Positions 1 to 7,693 of a stretch of DNA of 64,000 nt are shown here, one piece after another (the stretch's first letter is position 1; each line of letters opens with the position of its first letter). Location of the stretch: the IMG/VR virus record IMGVR_UViG_3300009703_004110, positions 1 to 64,000 of that record; one strand, written 5' to 3'. The notes beneath the pieces are model-generated. The model was given only the letters and a program-made list of their open reading frames with translations. It did no database searches and was not told the origin of the DNA. Both the position numbers and the translations under genes were made by a program.

Positions 1-19
1 CTTTTACCGACACCCGGGT

Positions 20-54
20 TGGCACAGAGATTGCACTATGCAAGAGTCATGCCA
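20..54. promoter_or_regulatory. Double sigma54 box palindrome, copy 1
   Basis: + strand TGGCAC-AGAGA-TTGCA, 3-nt spacer, - strand TGGCAT-GACTC-TTGCA. Confidence 0.75.
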
Positions 55-96
55 GGATTCCCGGAGCAAGCCAAAGACCGAGCTTTCGCCCAGTCT

Positions 97-414
97 CTAA
101 GCCGCCAGCCTCTCAAGAGCTTGCCAGCCTCTCAGCACCTCTACCTCGGTGAAGGTGTCATCTGCCCAGCGTCCCTCGTTACAGTCCGTCAGGAAGCCCT
201 CCCAGGACTGGAGGATACCACACTCGATCCCTTCCTCCATCTGGCAGACGATCGCCTCACAGTTGACGTCCAGATCGAACGCAGCGTGGATCCAATCGTG
301 TTGGGTCGAGACGTCGTAGCTCTCATCCGTCTCGTAACCTCGGGCTGCCGCCCAAGCCTCGGAGATCGCCACCCGCTCAGCGACGGGCGGCAGCTTGAAG
401 GTTACTTCCCGCAT
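97..414 (-). CDS. Hypothetical acidic protein
   Basis: 105-aa ORF, GC-biased codons, TGATG coupling with a small upstream ORF. Confidence 0.7.
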   Translation of the reverse strand: MREVTFKLPPVAERVAISEAWAAARGYETDESYDVSTQHDWIHAAFDLDVNCEAIVCQMEEGIECGILQSWEGFLTDCNEGRWADDTFTEVEVLRGWQALERLAA

Positions 415-549
415 CAGTAGGGCGCCCCAGCCTTCTCAGCCTTGAGGGCTGCCATGTTGGCGTCCATGCTGTGCAGCGCGAGCAGGGTCATTCGGGACTC
501 CGTGGTGTACCAGAGCTTTACTGTCCGAGTTTTCTTTTTGTCCGAATGA

Positions 550-834
550 TTAGGGTCGGTAGACCGGAGAAACCATGATATACCATTCCTGCGTTAGATC
601 GTTCCACACCAGATCGGTGACGTACGAGCCGTCAGCGGTGAGCATCTCAGCGCACCAGCGGTGCCCATTCTCCCAGAACTCCTCTGGAACGATGCAGACC
701 TCTCCGGGGTAGTAGAGCACTTCCGGCCGGATCGGGTCAGCCGCGTTGGACGCATGGCCCTTGGGGACCGTAGCACAAGCGGTAAGCTGCGCCAGGATTG
801 ACAGGAAGAGCAGGAGGGTAGTGATTGTACGCAT
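550..834 (-). CDS. Putative lipoprotein
   Basis: Signal peptide MRTITTLLLFLSILAQ with lipobox LTAC; GAGG RBS upstream. Confidence 0.75.
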   Translation of the reverse strand: MRTITTLLLFLSILAQLTACATVPKGHASNAADPIRPEVLYYPGEVCIVPEEFWENGHRWCAEMLTADGSYVTDLVWNDLTQEWYIMVSPVYRP

Positions 835-991
835 GTGTTCTTATTACCTCGTCCATTTTCTTTCTGCTCAATCGTCCAGACCACGCTCAGCGCGGGTCGG
901 AGGCCAGCCGAAACCGACGATCAGAATCAGAATGAAGATGGTAGTCATACGACAGACTTACTTTCTAATCTTTCTTTCTGCCCGTGCGTGT

Positions 992-1026
992 TGGTACGCC
1001 TCTTGCATAATGCATAAAGCGTGCCA
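992..1026. promoter_or_regulatory. Double sigma54 box palindrome, copy 2
   Basis: + TGGTAC-GCCTC-TTGCA, taa, - TGGCAC-GCTTT-ATGCA. Confidence 0.75.
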
Positions 1027-1086
1027 ACTTTCTGGGGCACGACTAAGGGGAGCCGAAAGGCTCCCCGTGGGCGCACGACCCCTCTC

Positions 1087-1548
1087 TCAGAGGGGCTCGA
1101 TTTCGTAGACCGCGACGGCTTCCCCGTACTCGATGATATCGCGGAGTAGGCGGCGGTACTCTCGGCGTCCGATATCGAGGACCATCTGCATTTTGCGGTC
1201 GGTGACCTCCAACCCAACAGTCTGGCCCATCGCCTGGCACCAGGAGATACTGGCCTTGTGCTGGGAGGTCGCGGTCAGCGCCTCATTGAGCACCAGGGCC
1301 TCTTCCGTCAGGATCGGGCGCGACGGAGCGTTGGGCGTCGGGTCGGTCTTGAAGAAGAACCGGCGCAGGACGGGGCTCCAGCCGAACCGCTCCGCGAACA
1401 GGAAGTGGTAACAGTCGTGGACCTCGAATCCGTCGCCGAAGATCGGCAAGTCATCTGCGAACTGGATCCAGCTCCTGTCGTGCTCGCGAGTCTCGATGAT
1501 GGTCCGGTTACCTCGGTGATACCAGCGGACCTCGATGATACGCGCCAT
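1087..1548 (-). CDS. Stand-alone MazG C-terminal-domain-like protein
   Basis: HDCYHFLFAERFGWSPVLR...RPILTEEAL resembles the HDxxH..GWSPV.R..EE pattern of MazG_C; start moved to the Met at 1548 (GGAG RBS). Confidence 0.6.
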   Translation of the reverse strand: MARIIEVRWYHRGNRTIIETREHDRSWIQFADDLPIFGDGFEVHDCYHFLFAERFGWSPVLRRFFFKTDPTPNAPSRPILTEEALVLNEALTATSQHKASISWCQAMGQTVGLEVTDRKMQMVLDIGRREYRRLLRDIIEYGEAVAVYEIEPL

Positions 1549-1636
1549 GCAGGAAGCTCCATAGGGTGGGTTACACCCTGCACTTACCGTCTCAGTTTTC
1601 TTTTTGCTCCAGCGATTGGTCGCCCTTATCTCACGC

Positions 1637-1671
1637 TGGCATAGCAGGTGCATTATGCAAGTAGCGTGCCA
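1637..1671. promoter_or_regulatory. Double sigma54 box palindrome, copy 3
   Basis: + TGGCAT-AGCAG-GTGCA, tta, - TGGCAC-GCTAC-TTGCA. Confidence 0.75.
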
Positions 1672-1677
1672 GGTTAT

Positions 1678-1812
1678 TCAACACAAACCAATGGCGGGCT
1701 GGCCTTTTACCTGGAACCTATCTTGCACTATGCAAGGACTGTGCCAGGTTTGAAAGGCCACAGCACACCCGGAGAGGAGAACGGAGGAGAGCAGCAGGGT
1801 CAGGACTCGCAC
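1678..1812 (-). pseudogene. Short lipoprotein-like ORF, possibly a truncated remnant
   Basis: GTG start, MRVLTLLLSSVLLSGC lipobox; the frame runs straight into palindrome copy 4 and ends after 44 aa. Confidence 0.4.
1712..1746. promoter_or_regulatory. Double sigma54 box palindrome, copy 4
   Basis: + TGGAAC-CTATC-TTGCA, cta, - TGGCAC-AGTCC-TTGCA. Confidence 0.7.
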
Positions 1813-1861
1813 GATGACTTTCCTATGTAGTATGATGATTGGGCACCCTTTCGTTACCCGT

Positions 1862-2371
1862 CTAGTTTTCTTTCTGAGCGTAGAGGTTGGACACCAGCAC
1901 AAGGATCAGGAAGCAACAGTGCTCCCACAACTCCATCCGCTCCCCGATCAGGATGTCCCCCATGCAGAACATGGCAAAGACCATCGCAGATGCCCTATGG
2001 GCCTTGTCCAGGGCCCCTCGGGTCGGCGGGTAGCCCCGGAAGGTGCGGAGAAGCAGGATCAGGAACCACAGGCCGATCAAACCCTCCATGGAAGCCGCTC
2101 CATAGAGCAGAGCAAGGGAGACGGAGCGCGGGGCCCCGATTCGGGCAAACATTGCCGCCATTTTGTTGTCCCGATTGACCCCATAACCCCCAGTGGTTTC
2201 CATCGGCTGAATCCGCCCGATCTCAGCCCCCTCGGCATCGTAGATCACACCAGACGACGCAAAATCGCCTTGGAGGGGCTGATAGGTCCCGTTAAAGACC
2301 TTGTCACCAGCATTCAGCAGCCAGAATCCCGCCCAAAAGGCGATCAGGAGGGTAATCCAGCTACGGTGCAT
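1862..2371 (-). CDS. Integral membrane protein (DoxX/DUF2165-like, ~4 TM)
   Basis: Four hydrophobic stretches; LLNAGDK and MEGLIG patterns. Confidence 0.6.
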   Translation of the reverse strand: MHRSWITLLIAFWAGFWLLNAGDKVFNGTYQPLQGDFASSGVIYDAEGAEIGRIQPMETTGGYGVNRDNKMAAMFARIGAPRSVSLALLYGAASMEGLIGLWFLILLLRTFRGYPPTRGALDKAHRASAMVFAMFCMGDILIGERMELWEHCCFLILVLVSNLYAQKEN

Positions 2372-2465
2372 TTTACGTCCAGAAAGAGGGTATTAAAGGC
2401 TCATTACGACCCTGTTTTTCTTTTTGAGCGAAATGAGGCTCTTATTTGGGGCTATTATCCGCCCT

Positions 2466-2500
2466 TGGCATAGGCCTTGCATACTGCATAAATCATACCA
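2466..2500. promoter_or_regulatory. Double sigma54 box palindrome, copy 5
   Basis: + TGGCAT-AGGCC-TTGCA, tac, - TGGTAT-GATTT-ATGCA. Confidence 0.75.
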
Positions 2501-2784
2501 ACTTTGGTCGATAATAGGGTCGAACTGAGGGGATGGGAGGCCCTTATCGTGGCTTATAACCCGGTTAGGGTCAGAAGGTGAACAACGTTTTGTAAATAAA
2601 AAAACAATAGTTGTTTTGTTTTGTTCGTTTTGTAACAGTGCAAGTTGTTTTTGTTTTTTACAAATAGTTACTTGACAGCTTGACCCGAGACGCGATTTAT
2701 ACGGCTTATACGGCTCTGGCGCGAGTTGGCGACTGGCGTGGAAGTTGCGCACCGCTGGAGGTATTTTATCTTTTCTGAAAACCC

Positions 2785-2871
2785 ATCCATTGGTTTAAAG
2801 CTTATTCATTAACTCCTCAATCTTATCCATTGGATCTAAAGCAGTTCCATACGAAAAAACTTATCCATTGG
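2785..2871 (+). repeat. Three direct repeats of ATCCATTGG in a non-coding region
   Basis: Copies at 2785, 2825 and 2863 (CTTATCCATTGG at 2822 and 2860); degenerate copies near 2801, 2884 and 2900. Confidence 0.75.
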
Positions 2872-3015
2872 TTCTTCAGGCACATCCATCAGAAAGCATA
2901 TCCCTTGGGTCCACATATGCAAAAGAATGAACATTATCTTTACATATCACAATAGACTTATGGACTTGATAAATGAAGAAAACAAAACCATGGTATACCC
3001 TATGGTTTTTATATT

Positions 3016-3312
3016 TCACTTCTTCTTTTTACCCCTCGCCTTTAGCAGGGACCATGACTCAATGAATTGCGCTTTCTCTCGTGGACTCAGACTGTTTAAC
3101 ACCTTATCGGTTTTAACTTGCATCAGATAAGCTTTAGACCCTTTAGTCACATACTCAGTCCACATCCTTACGGGGGACTCTTGATATACTACAAGGGCAA
3201 AATCTTTTACCTTATAAACCCTTACTTCTACATCCTGTGCTATTAGGAATTCTAGATCTAGTTCTGGTGCATGTTTTAGGAATGGAATTCTATTATACTT
3301 ATCAACTACCAT
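3016..3312 (-). CDS. Hypothetical protein
   Basis: 98-aa ORF in a run of minus-strand genes. Confidence 0.65.
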   Translation of the reverse strand: MVVDKYNRIPFLKHAPELDLEFLIAQDVEVRVYKVKDFALVVYQESPVRMWTEYVTKGSKAYLMQVKTDKVLNSLSPREKAQFIESWSLLKARGKKKK

Positions 3313-3335
3313 ATCAAATTCTCTCAGAAATAATA

Positions 3336-3653
3336 TTAGCCGGCTTCGTTCTTAATCAGCAGATCAAGATGGTAAAGCAGCGGCTCCTTTTGTTCATTTG
3401 GGAGGGACTCAAACACTTCCTCAAAAGAAACTTGGGTGTGAGGATCCGCTTGCTCCATATTCTTATCTTGAAATATGGCTTCGCGGCGGAACCATCTTGG
3501 GCCTTCGGAAGTGGAAAATAACCTATAATTTGGTGAGCCCTTTATGGTCATCAGCCCGGGGATTATGCCTTGATTCATTAAAACATTAACCAATGTGTCC
3601 AAATGTCCTGGATATGTCATATCAAACTCGGTTAATGCAAACGTTCTTGTCAT
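3336..3653 (-). CDS. Hypothetical protein with FEEV..LxYHLD motif
   Basis: C-terminal SFEEVFESLPNEQKEPLLYHLDLL shared with other ORFs in the window. Confidence 0.75.
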   Translation of the reverse strand: MTRTFALTEFDMTYPGHLDTLVNVLMNQGIIPGLMTIKGSPNYRLFSTSEGPRWFRREAIFQDKNMEQADPHTQVSFEEVFESLPNEQKEPLLYHLDLLIKNEAG

Positions 3654-3674
3654 GGTTGAATTGTACCTTGGAAG

Positions 3675-4070
3675 TTATCTTTGGTTCAAGAAAAAGATTA
3701 AATTAACTTGCTCCTCTTTGGTGCAACGCTCAAATAGCGTCTTCATCAAGAGTGGCTGATAGATCCTTCCATCGCGTTCCTTTAGCGCACCGGACGCTAT
3801 CTCTGCTTCCTCAAGAAGGCTTTTATTCCCCTCGGTATCAATAAACATAAGATATTGTCCTTGGGCCGCATGGTTTGCTTTCAGCTCTATGTAAGCTCCC
3901 TCCGGTTCCTTTAAAGCATGCCGTCTTCTCTTTGGCGCCATTAAACATTCCGGCCAGTCCATATAATTCGATAACCAAAGATCTTCCATTGCATTAAAGT
4001 CGTTTAAATTAACTTTGCTTAATAACTCCGCGCCCATCACCAAGTGCATGTGACTCCAGGCGTTCATCAT
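3675..4070 (-). CDS. Hypothetical protein
   Basis: Start moved to MMNAWS at 4070 (GGAG RBS, ATGA overlap with the upstream frame). Confidence 0.65.
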   Translation of the reverse strand: MMNAWSHMHLVMGAELLSKVNLNDFNAMEDLWLSNYMDWPECLMAPKRRRHALKEPEGAYIELKANHAAQGQYLMFIDTEGNKSLLEEAEIASGALKERDGRIYQPLLMKTLFERCTKEEQVNLIFFLNQR

Positions 4071-4420
4071 GGTGGAAGCTCCAACCCCTCTTGGCTTGAA
4101 ACGGTAATGGTTCCCACCGGATAATTTAGAGATTTTCCTCCTGGGATAGCCCGGATATTTCGTTTCAGCTTTGCCATCTTTTGCTCCCCGGCGTACATCC
4201 ATCTGATAGCCTTATAAATATAGTACCCTCGACTCCAAACCCGGTCATAAAAACCTTCGAAATTTCTTTCACGATGACAATTATGGTTGTTTAGCCGATA
4301 TCTAAATTCGGCGTCATAAATTTTAGTGCTTTGTCGTTGATAATCAAGTAGAATATAAAGATAAGTTGATGAGCCATCTAAGTGTCCTGTTTTATATATA
4401 AAACTATCAACTGCATTTAT
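4067..4420 (-). pseudogene. 118-codon open frame without a canonical start at its 5' end
   Basis: Stop-free frame (INAVDSFIYKTGHLDG...GLELPP*) whose TGA overlaps the next ATG; not in the ORF track. Confidence 0.45.
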
Positions 4421-4496
4421 TCATGATTATCAATAATTTATAAGATTTATTTATACGTGATACCTGATAAATTTAGATCGTAATTTATACGGTCGT

Positions 4497-4859
4497 TTGA
4501 CCCTTCGGATTTATATGACCAAGTCTTGTCCAATATCTATAGCTGAATTACCGGAACCTAACCAGGTTTTTGAGGCTATAGACGGCAATATTGTGGTAGT
4601 TTATCGACCTGATTTATTCTACATGATGTCCGCCAGAATGGAACTCGCTCCGGCCTTTAGCTTTCATGAGAAGCCGATTATTGAGGACCAAGAGTCTGAC
4701 AGGTATTTAATGCATGTTGCTACCGCTGATTTCGTAGAGGGTCGCTTCTATATCTTACTAACGGTTGGCTTTGGTCATATAGAGGTCGTATTAGATGCAA
4801 CTACTGTTAAGATGCATTTAGAAAAGGAGTTTGTAAGTAACTATGATATTCAAAAATAA
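4497..4859 (+). CDS. Hypothetical protein
   Basis: 120-aa ORF overlapping the next gene; start may be the Met at 4515. Confidence 0.6.
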   Translation: MTLRIYMTKSCPISIAELPEPNQVFEAIDGNIVVVYRPDLFYMMSARMELAPAFSFHEKPIIEDQESDRYLMHVATADFVEGRFYILLTVGFGHIEVVLDATTVKMHLEKEFVSNYDIQK

Positions 4860-5730
4860 AAAACTAACTCCCGAACATTTAATGGTTTATAATCAGATGC
4901 CTGAGCGAGCGCAGATGGCAATGAATAATATACGGCCCGGATGGTCGTATCGCGGACCTATACGTAACGGATTGATATCTATCAACTTCTATGAGTGGGA
5001 GCAGATCAAGCGTAATGAGTCTAGTGGCCGCTGGGCTTCCAAGCCCAAGTCTCATCTGTCAAAAGAACTTGACTTTATTGATGTTAGTGAAAAGAATAAG
5101 CTTGATAATTGGATGTATTGCATTGAATATAATAATGAAATTCATCATCATTTCAATACCGCAGATTCCACAAATACTTATCAGTCCGGAGATATGCAGT
5201 TACCAAGGCATGCTATGTTTATCAGTGATAATATCAAACGCTTACTAGAGTTATCCAATGAGAACCTTCTTGCCAGTAGCACTAAGATAATGGATGTTAA
5301 TCTGATTAGAAATGCCCCAGAAAAGTCTATAACTTTTATTACCGAAGATGATGAGGAGTTCGTTGGCACAGGTTCCACTTTAAATATAGCCGCCATTATG
5401 CTCTTTGGTAAGACCTTTAAATACAAGTATATGATGGAGCGTCCTTCTATATCTCAATTCAAATGTGACGATATTTCTTTTGATACTTTAATTAGAGGGC
5501 AGAATACTGTTGTTATGAAAGGCATAAAATCTTGGTATGCGCACATTAGAAATATGAATCTTGATAACTATACTGTTTTTATGTCAAGAAAGATATTTCA
5601 AGAAATACAGGATGAGATAGGGGATAACTTTAATTATCTTGGATGTTATAGCTTCGAAGAGGGCGAATATCATGCAGTAGAAGAGGATAATGGTCTCGGA
5701 ATAATCAACGGACTGTTCGATAGCTTTTAA
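4843..5730 (+). CDS. Hypothetical protein
   Basis: 295-aa ORF with AAGGAG upstream. Confidence 0.75.
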   Translation: MIFKNKKLTPEHLMVYNQMPERAQMAMNNIRPGWSYRGPIRNGLISINFYEWEQIKRNESSGRWASKPKSHLSKELDFIDVSEKNKLDNWMYCIEYNNEIHHHFNTADSTNTYQSGDMQLPRHAMFISDNIKRLLELSNENLLASSTKIMDVNLIRNAPEKSITFITEDDEEFVGTGSTLNIAAIMLFGKTFKYKYMMERPSISQFKCDDISFDTLIRGQNTVVMKGIKSWYAHIRNMNLDNYTVFMSRKIFQEIQDEIGDNFNYLGCYSFEEGEYHAVEEDNGLGIINGLFDSF

Positions 5731-5784
5731 TGATGATTATCATCATTAAAAAAGGCCCCGCAGGAGAAATCCCGTGAGGCCTTT
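5725..5784. terminator. Bidirectional terminator region between convergent genes
   Basis: Perfect 13-bp inverted repeat 5725-5751 followed by an AAAGGCC...GGCCTTT stem 5751-5784. Confidence 0.7.
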
Positions 5785-5801
5785 GTTCCAGCTTATTTGG
5801 C

Positions 5802-6749
5802 TTATACGTCGAAGTCGATTTCTCCACCAGTATAAGCTATCTCTCCCTGCCACTCAAATGGCCCAAGACTTAATGCGCTGTATTGACCGGCATATTGAGA
5901 GATGCCTGGATACTGAGACGGCCAGTCAATGCCGGCGACAATCTCTTCCAGAGACTCTTTGTGCTTGGCCGTTAGACCGGGGTTCTCTTGCTTCCCACCT
6001 GATGGCTCCGCAACTACTGAGCCAGGAACAGGCTTAGCATTGGTGTCCAACTTAAAGGCAAACTGATAGTTCTTAGCCTGACCTTCAGTTACTTCGTATG
6101 GTAAGCCGAAGCCTTCCGCATTATCATAAAACGGAGACTGCTCGCCAAGCGCTATATATCTCTTATAGAAGTCTTGCTGCTCTCTTGCTGGGTCAGCTGC
6201 TGCAACTACAGTTTTTTTTTCAGCCGATTTGAGAAGTTCATCTATAGTGAGCATGGCTTCAGCCACCGGAGAGCTTCCAGGCTCGCCAGAGAGTCCCTCT
6301 ACACCCCAAGCTGTATATGGCTTAGGCTCCTCTCCTCTCATTTCAGAATAGACGTCTCCACCCAAGTGTAACTGCTGAAGACTTTGTACAATCGGTTCTA
6401 ATTGAGCCAACTGAGCCTTTTCTTCTGGTCCGCCCCATCCCTCATCGATCATATCCTTAAGAGCCTGAACACCCGCCAAAAGATCTTTAACCTTTTCAGT
6501 CGCTTCTGCCTCTAGGTCTCCGCCGCTTTCGCCAGCTAACGGCTCTTCGCCCGGAAGCCCCTCTTCAAGAGGCTCCTCTCCGAATGCTTCTACGGCTGCT
6601 TCGTCCATGCTATCAAAAGGCGTCTGTGAGGCTGTATCGTCCCACTCATCTAGCGCCTTCTTAGCTAACCGATCTGCTATATCCGCTTCTTTGGTAAGTC
6701 CTGCGGCATCCAGATCGTTAGCCAACTTTAATAATTTAACGTGAATCAT
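5802..6749 (-). CDS. Acidic protein with the shared N-terminal leader; putative virion protein
   Basis: KLLKLANDLDAAGLTKEADIADRLAKKA leader; GGAG RBS. Confidence 0.75.
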   Translation of the reverse strand: MIHVKLLKLANDLDAAGLTKEADIADRLAKKALDEWDDTASQTPFDSMDEAAVEAFGEEPLEEGLPGEEPLAGESGGDLEAEATEKVKDLLAGVQALKDMIDEGWGGPEEKAQLAQLEPIVQSLQQLHLGGDVYSEMRGEEPKPYTAWGVEGLSGEPGSSPVAEAMLTIDELLKSAEKKTVVAAADPAREQQDFYKRYIALGEQSPFYDNAEGFGLPYEVTEGQAKNYQFAFKLDTNAKPVPGSVVAEPSGGKQENPGLTAKHKESLEEIVAGIDWPSQYPGISQYAGQYSALSLGPFEWQGEIAYTGGEIDFDV

Positions 6750-6759
6750 TATATCTCCA

Positions 6760-7458
6760 TCACTTTAATCTAGTTAGATTTTTTAGTCGTTTATCTGGAT
6801 TACGCCAGTCCATTCTGGACAGCCACCATTCAACATAAGCCTCTTTATCGAGACCAAAATCAGCAAAGTAAGCGTGCTCCCACATATCAAGTGCCGCAAT
6901 AGGGACACTGAAGATTGGAACACCAATTTCGTGCAGGTCAATGACGTCGATGTAAATCATCTTTGTCTTAATGCAATAGTTAACCAGTACCCAACCATTA
7001 CGAGTAAGCTTAGCTGCTCGGGTCAAATCTTTGGTAAAGTCTTTGGCACTTCTAATATATAAGTCACCAAGGTTACCGCTAAGAAACTTAGCTTTTTCCA
7101 TTGGCGTTGGTCTGCTATCATAAACATCTTCAAAATACATTTCATGAAGAAAAACTGCGTTCTCTGCATTGGAGGTACCACGTTGTACTTCGCGAAGCTT
7201 GCCGTAGGCTGGAGTATCTTTCTCATTAGAAGAAAGCAGAGTTTTCTTCTTTTCTTTGGTCAAAGACTCTAGTGCTTTCTGGTACATCTCTGCTAATTCA
7301 TGATGAGCATTGACTGTACTTTGTTGTACACCGCTCTTATGCATTTCAACCTTGGCAGTTTTACGCATATATGTATCAAGAATGTCCACCTCGCTGGACA
7401 TTCCTTGCTCGTCAATACGTGCCAAAGCGTGCAATACTTCTTTAAGATTTTCGCTCAT
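6760..7458 (-). CDS. Fe/Mn superoxide dismutase family protein with leader
   Basis: LDMWEHAY (DxWEHAY) and NAVFLHEMYF motifs; start moved to MSENLK at 7458 (GAGG RBS). Confidence 0.85.
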   Translation of the reverse strand: MSENLKEVLHALARIDEQGMSSEVDILDTYMRKTAKVEMHKSGVQQSTVNAHHELAEMYQKALESLTKEKKKTLLSSNEKDTPAYGKLREVQRGTSNAENAVFLHEMYFEDVYDSRPTPMEKAKFLSGNLGDLYIRSAKDFTKDLTRAAKLTRNGWVLVNYCIKTKMIYIDVIDLHEIGVPIFSVPIAALDMWEHAYFADFGLDKEAYVEWWLSRMDWRNPDKRLKNLTRLK

Positions 7459-7693
7459 ATTTGAACCTCTACTATGTTTATCTTTATTAGTAAAACCAAT
7501 CAAACCATTTATACTTGACGGAACATCCCTTTGCTGGTTAAAAGCCTGGGACGCGATAGGCTTCCCCCGCCCGTTAAAGGCTCCTGGGGCCCCTCAGCAC
7601 TCCCGTATAATAAAACTAAGGCCCTCGTACTGGAGCGGGATACAAGTCACAGTCAGCGGACCTTACAGGGCCTGCATATCAATGCCAAATTGA

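Larger units (their letters stand above)
1..2400. other. GC-rich segment of short minus-strand genes, compositionally distinct from the rest of the window
   Basis: Visibly GC-rich (estimated ~60%) with GC-ending codons; switches to AT-rich sequence at ~2400-2600. Confidence 0.85.

Noticed and set aside
19-2473. Long plus-strand ORFs in the GC-rich segment (19-420, 1258-1644, 1814-2473)
   Set aside because: They are antisense shadows of minus-strand genes that have RBSs and recognisable features; such shadows are expected in GC-rich DNA.
20-2500. CRISPR array or attC integron cassettes as the explanation for the 35-bp palindromes
   Set aside because: Spacing is irregular (40-940 bp) and the internal N5 positions vary; there are no cas genes, no integrase and no RYYYAAC/GTTRRRY ends.
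2785-2910. Mini-CRISPR from the ATCCATTGG repeats
   Set aside because: The repeat core is only 9-12 bp with a ~40-bp period, too short for repeat-spacer units.
2500-3015. tRNA or structured ncRNA in the long intergenic region
   Set aside because: No cloverleaf, T-loop consensus or extended pairing was found by eye.
5802-6080. TonB-C-like domain at the end of the 315-aa protein
   Set aside because: Resemblance is limited to one strand-turn pattern (FAFKLDTNAKPV), which is not enough without a profile search.
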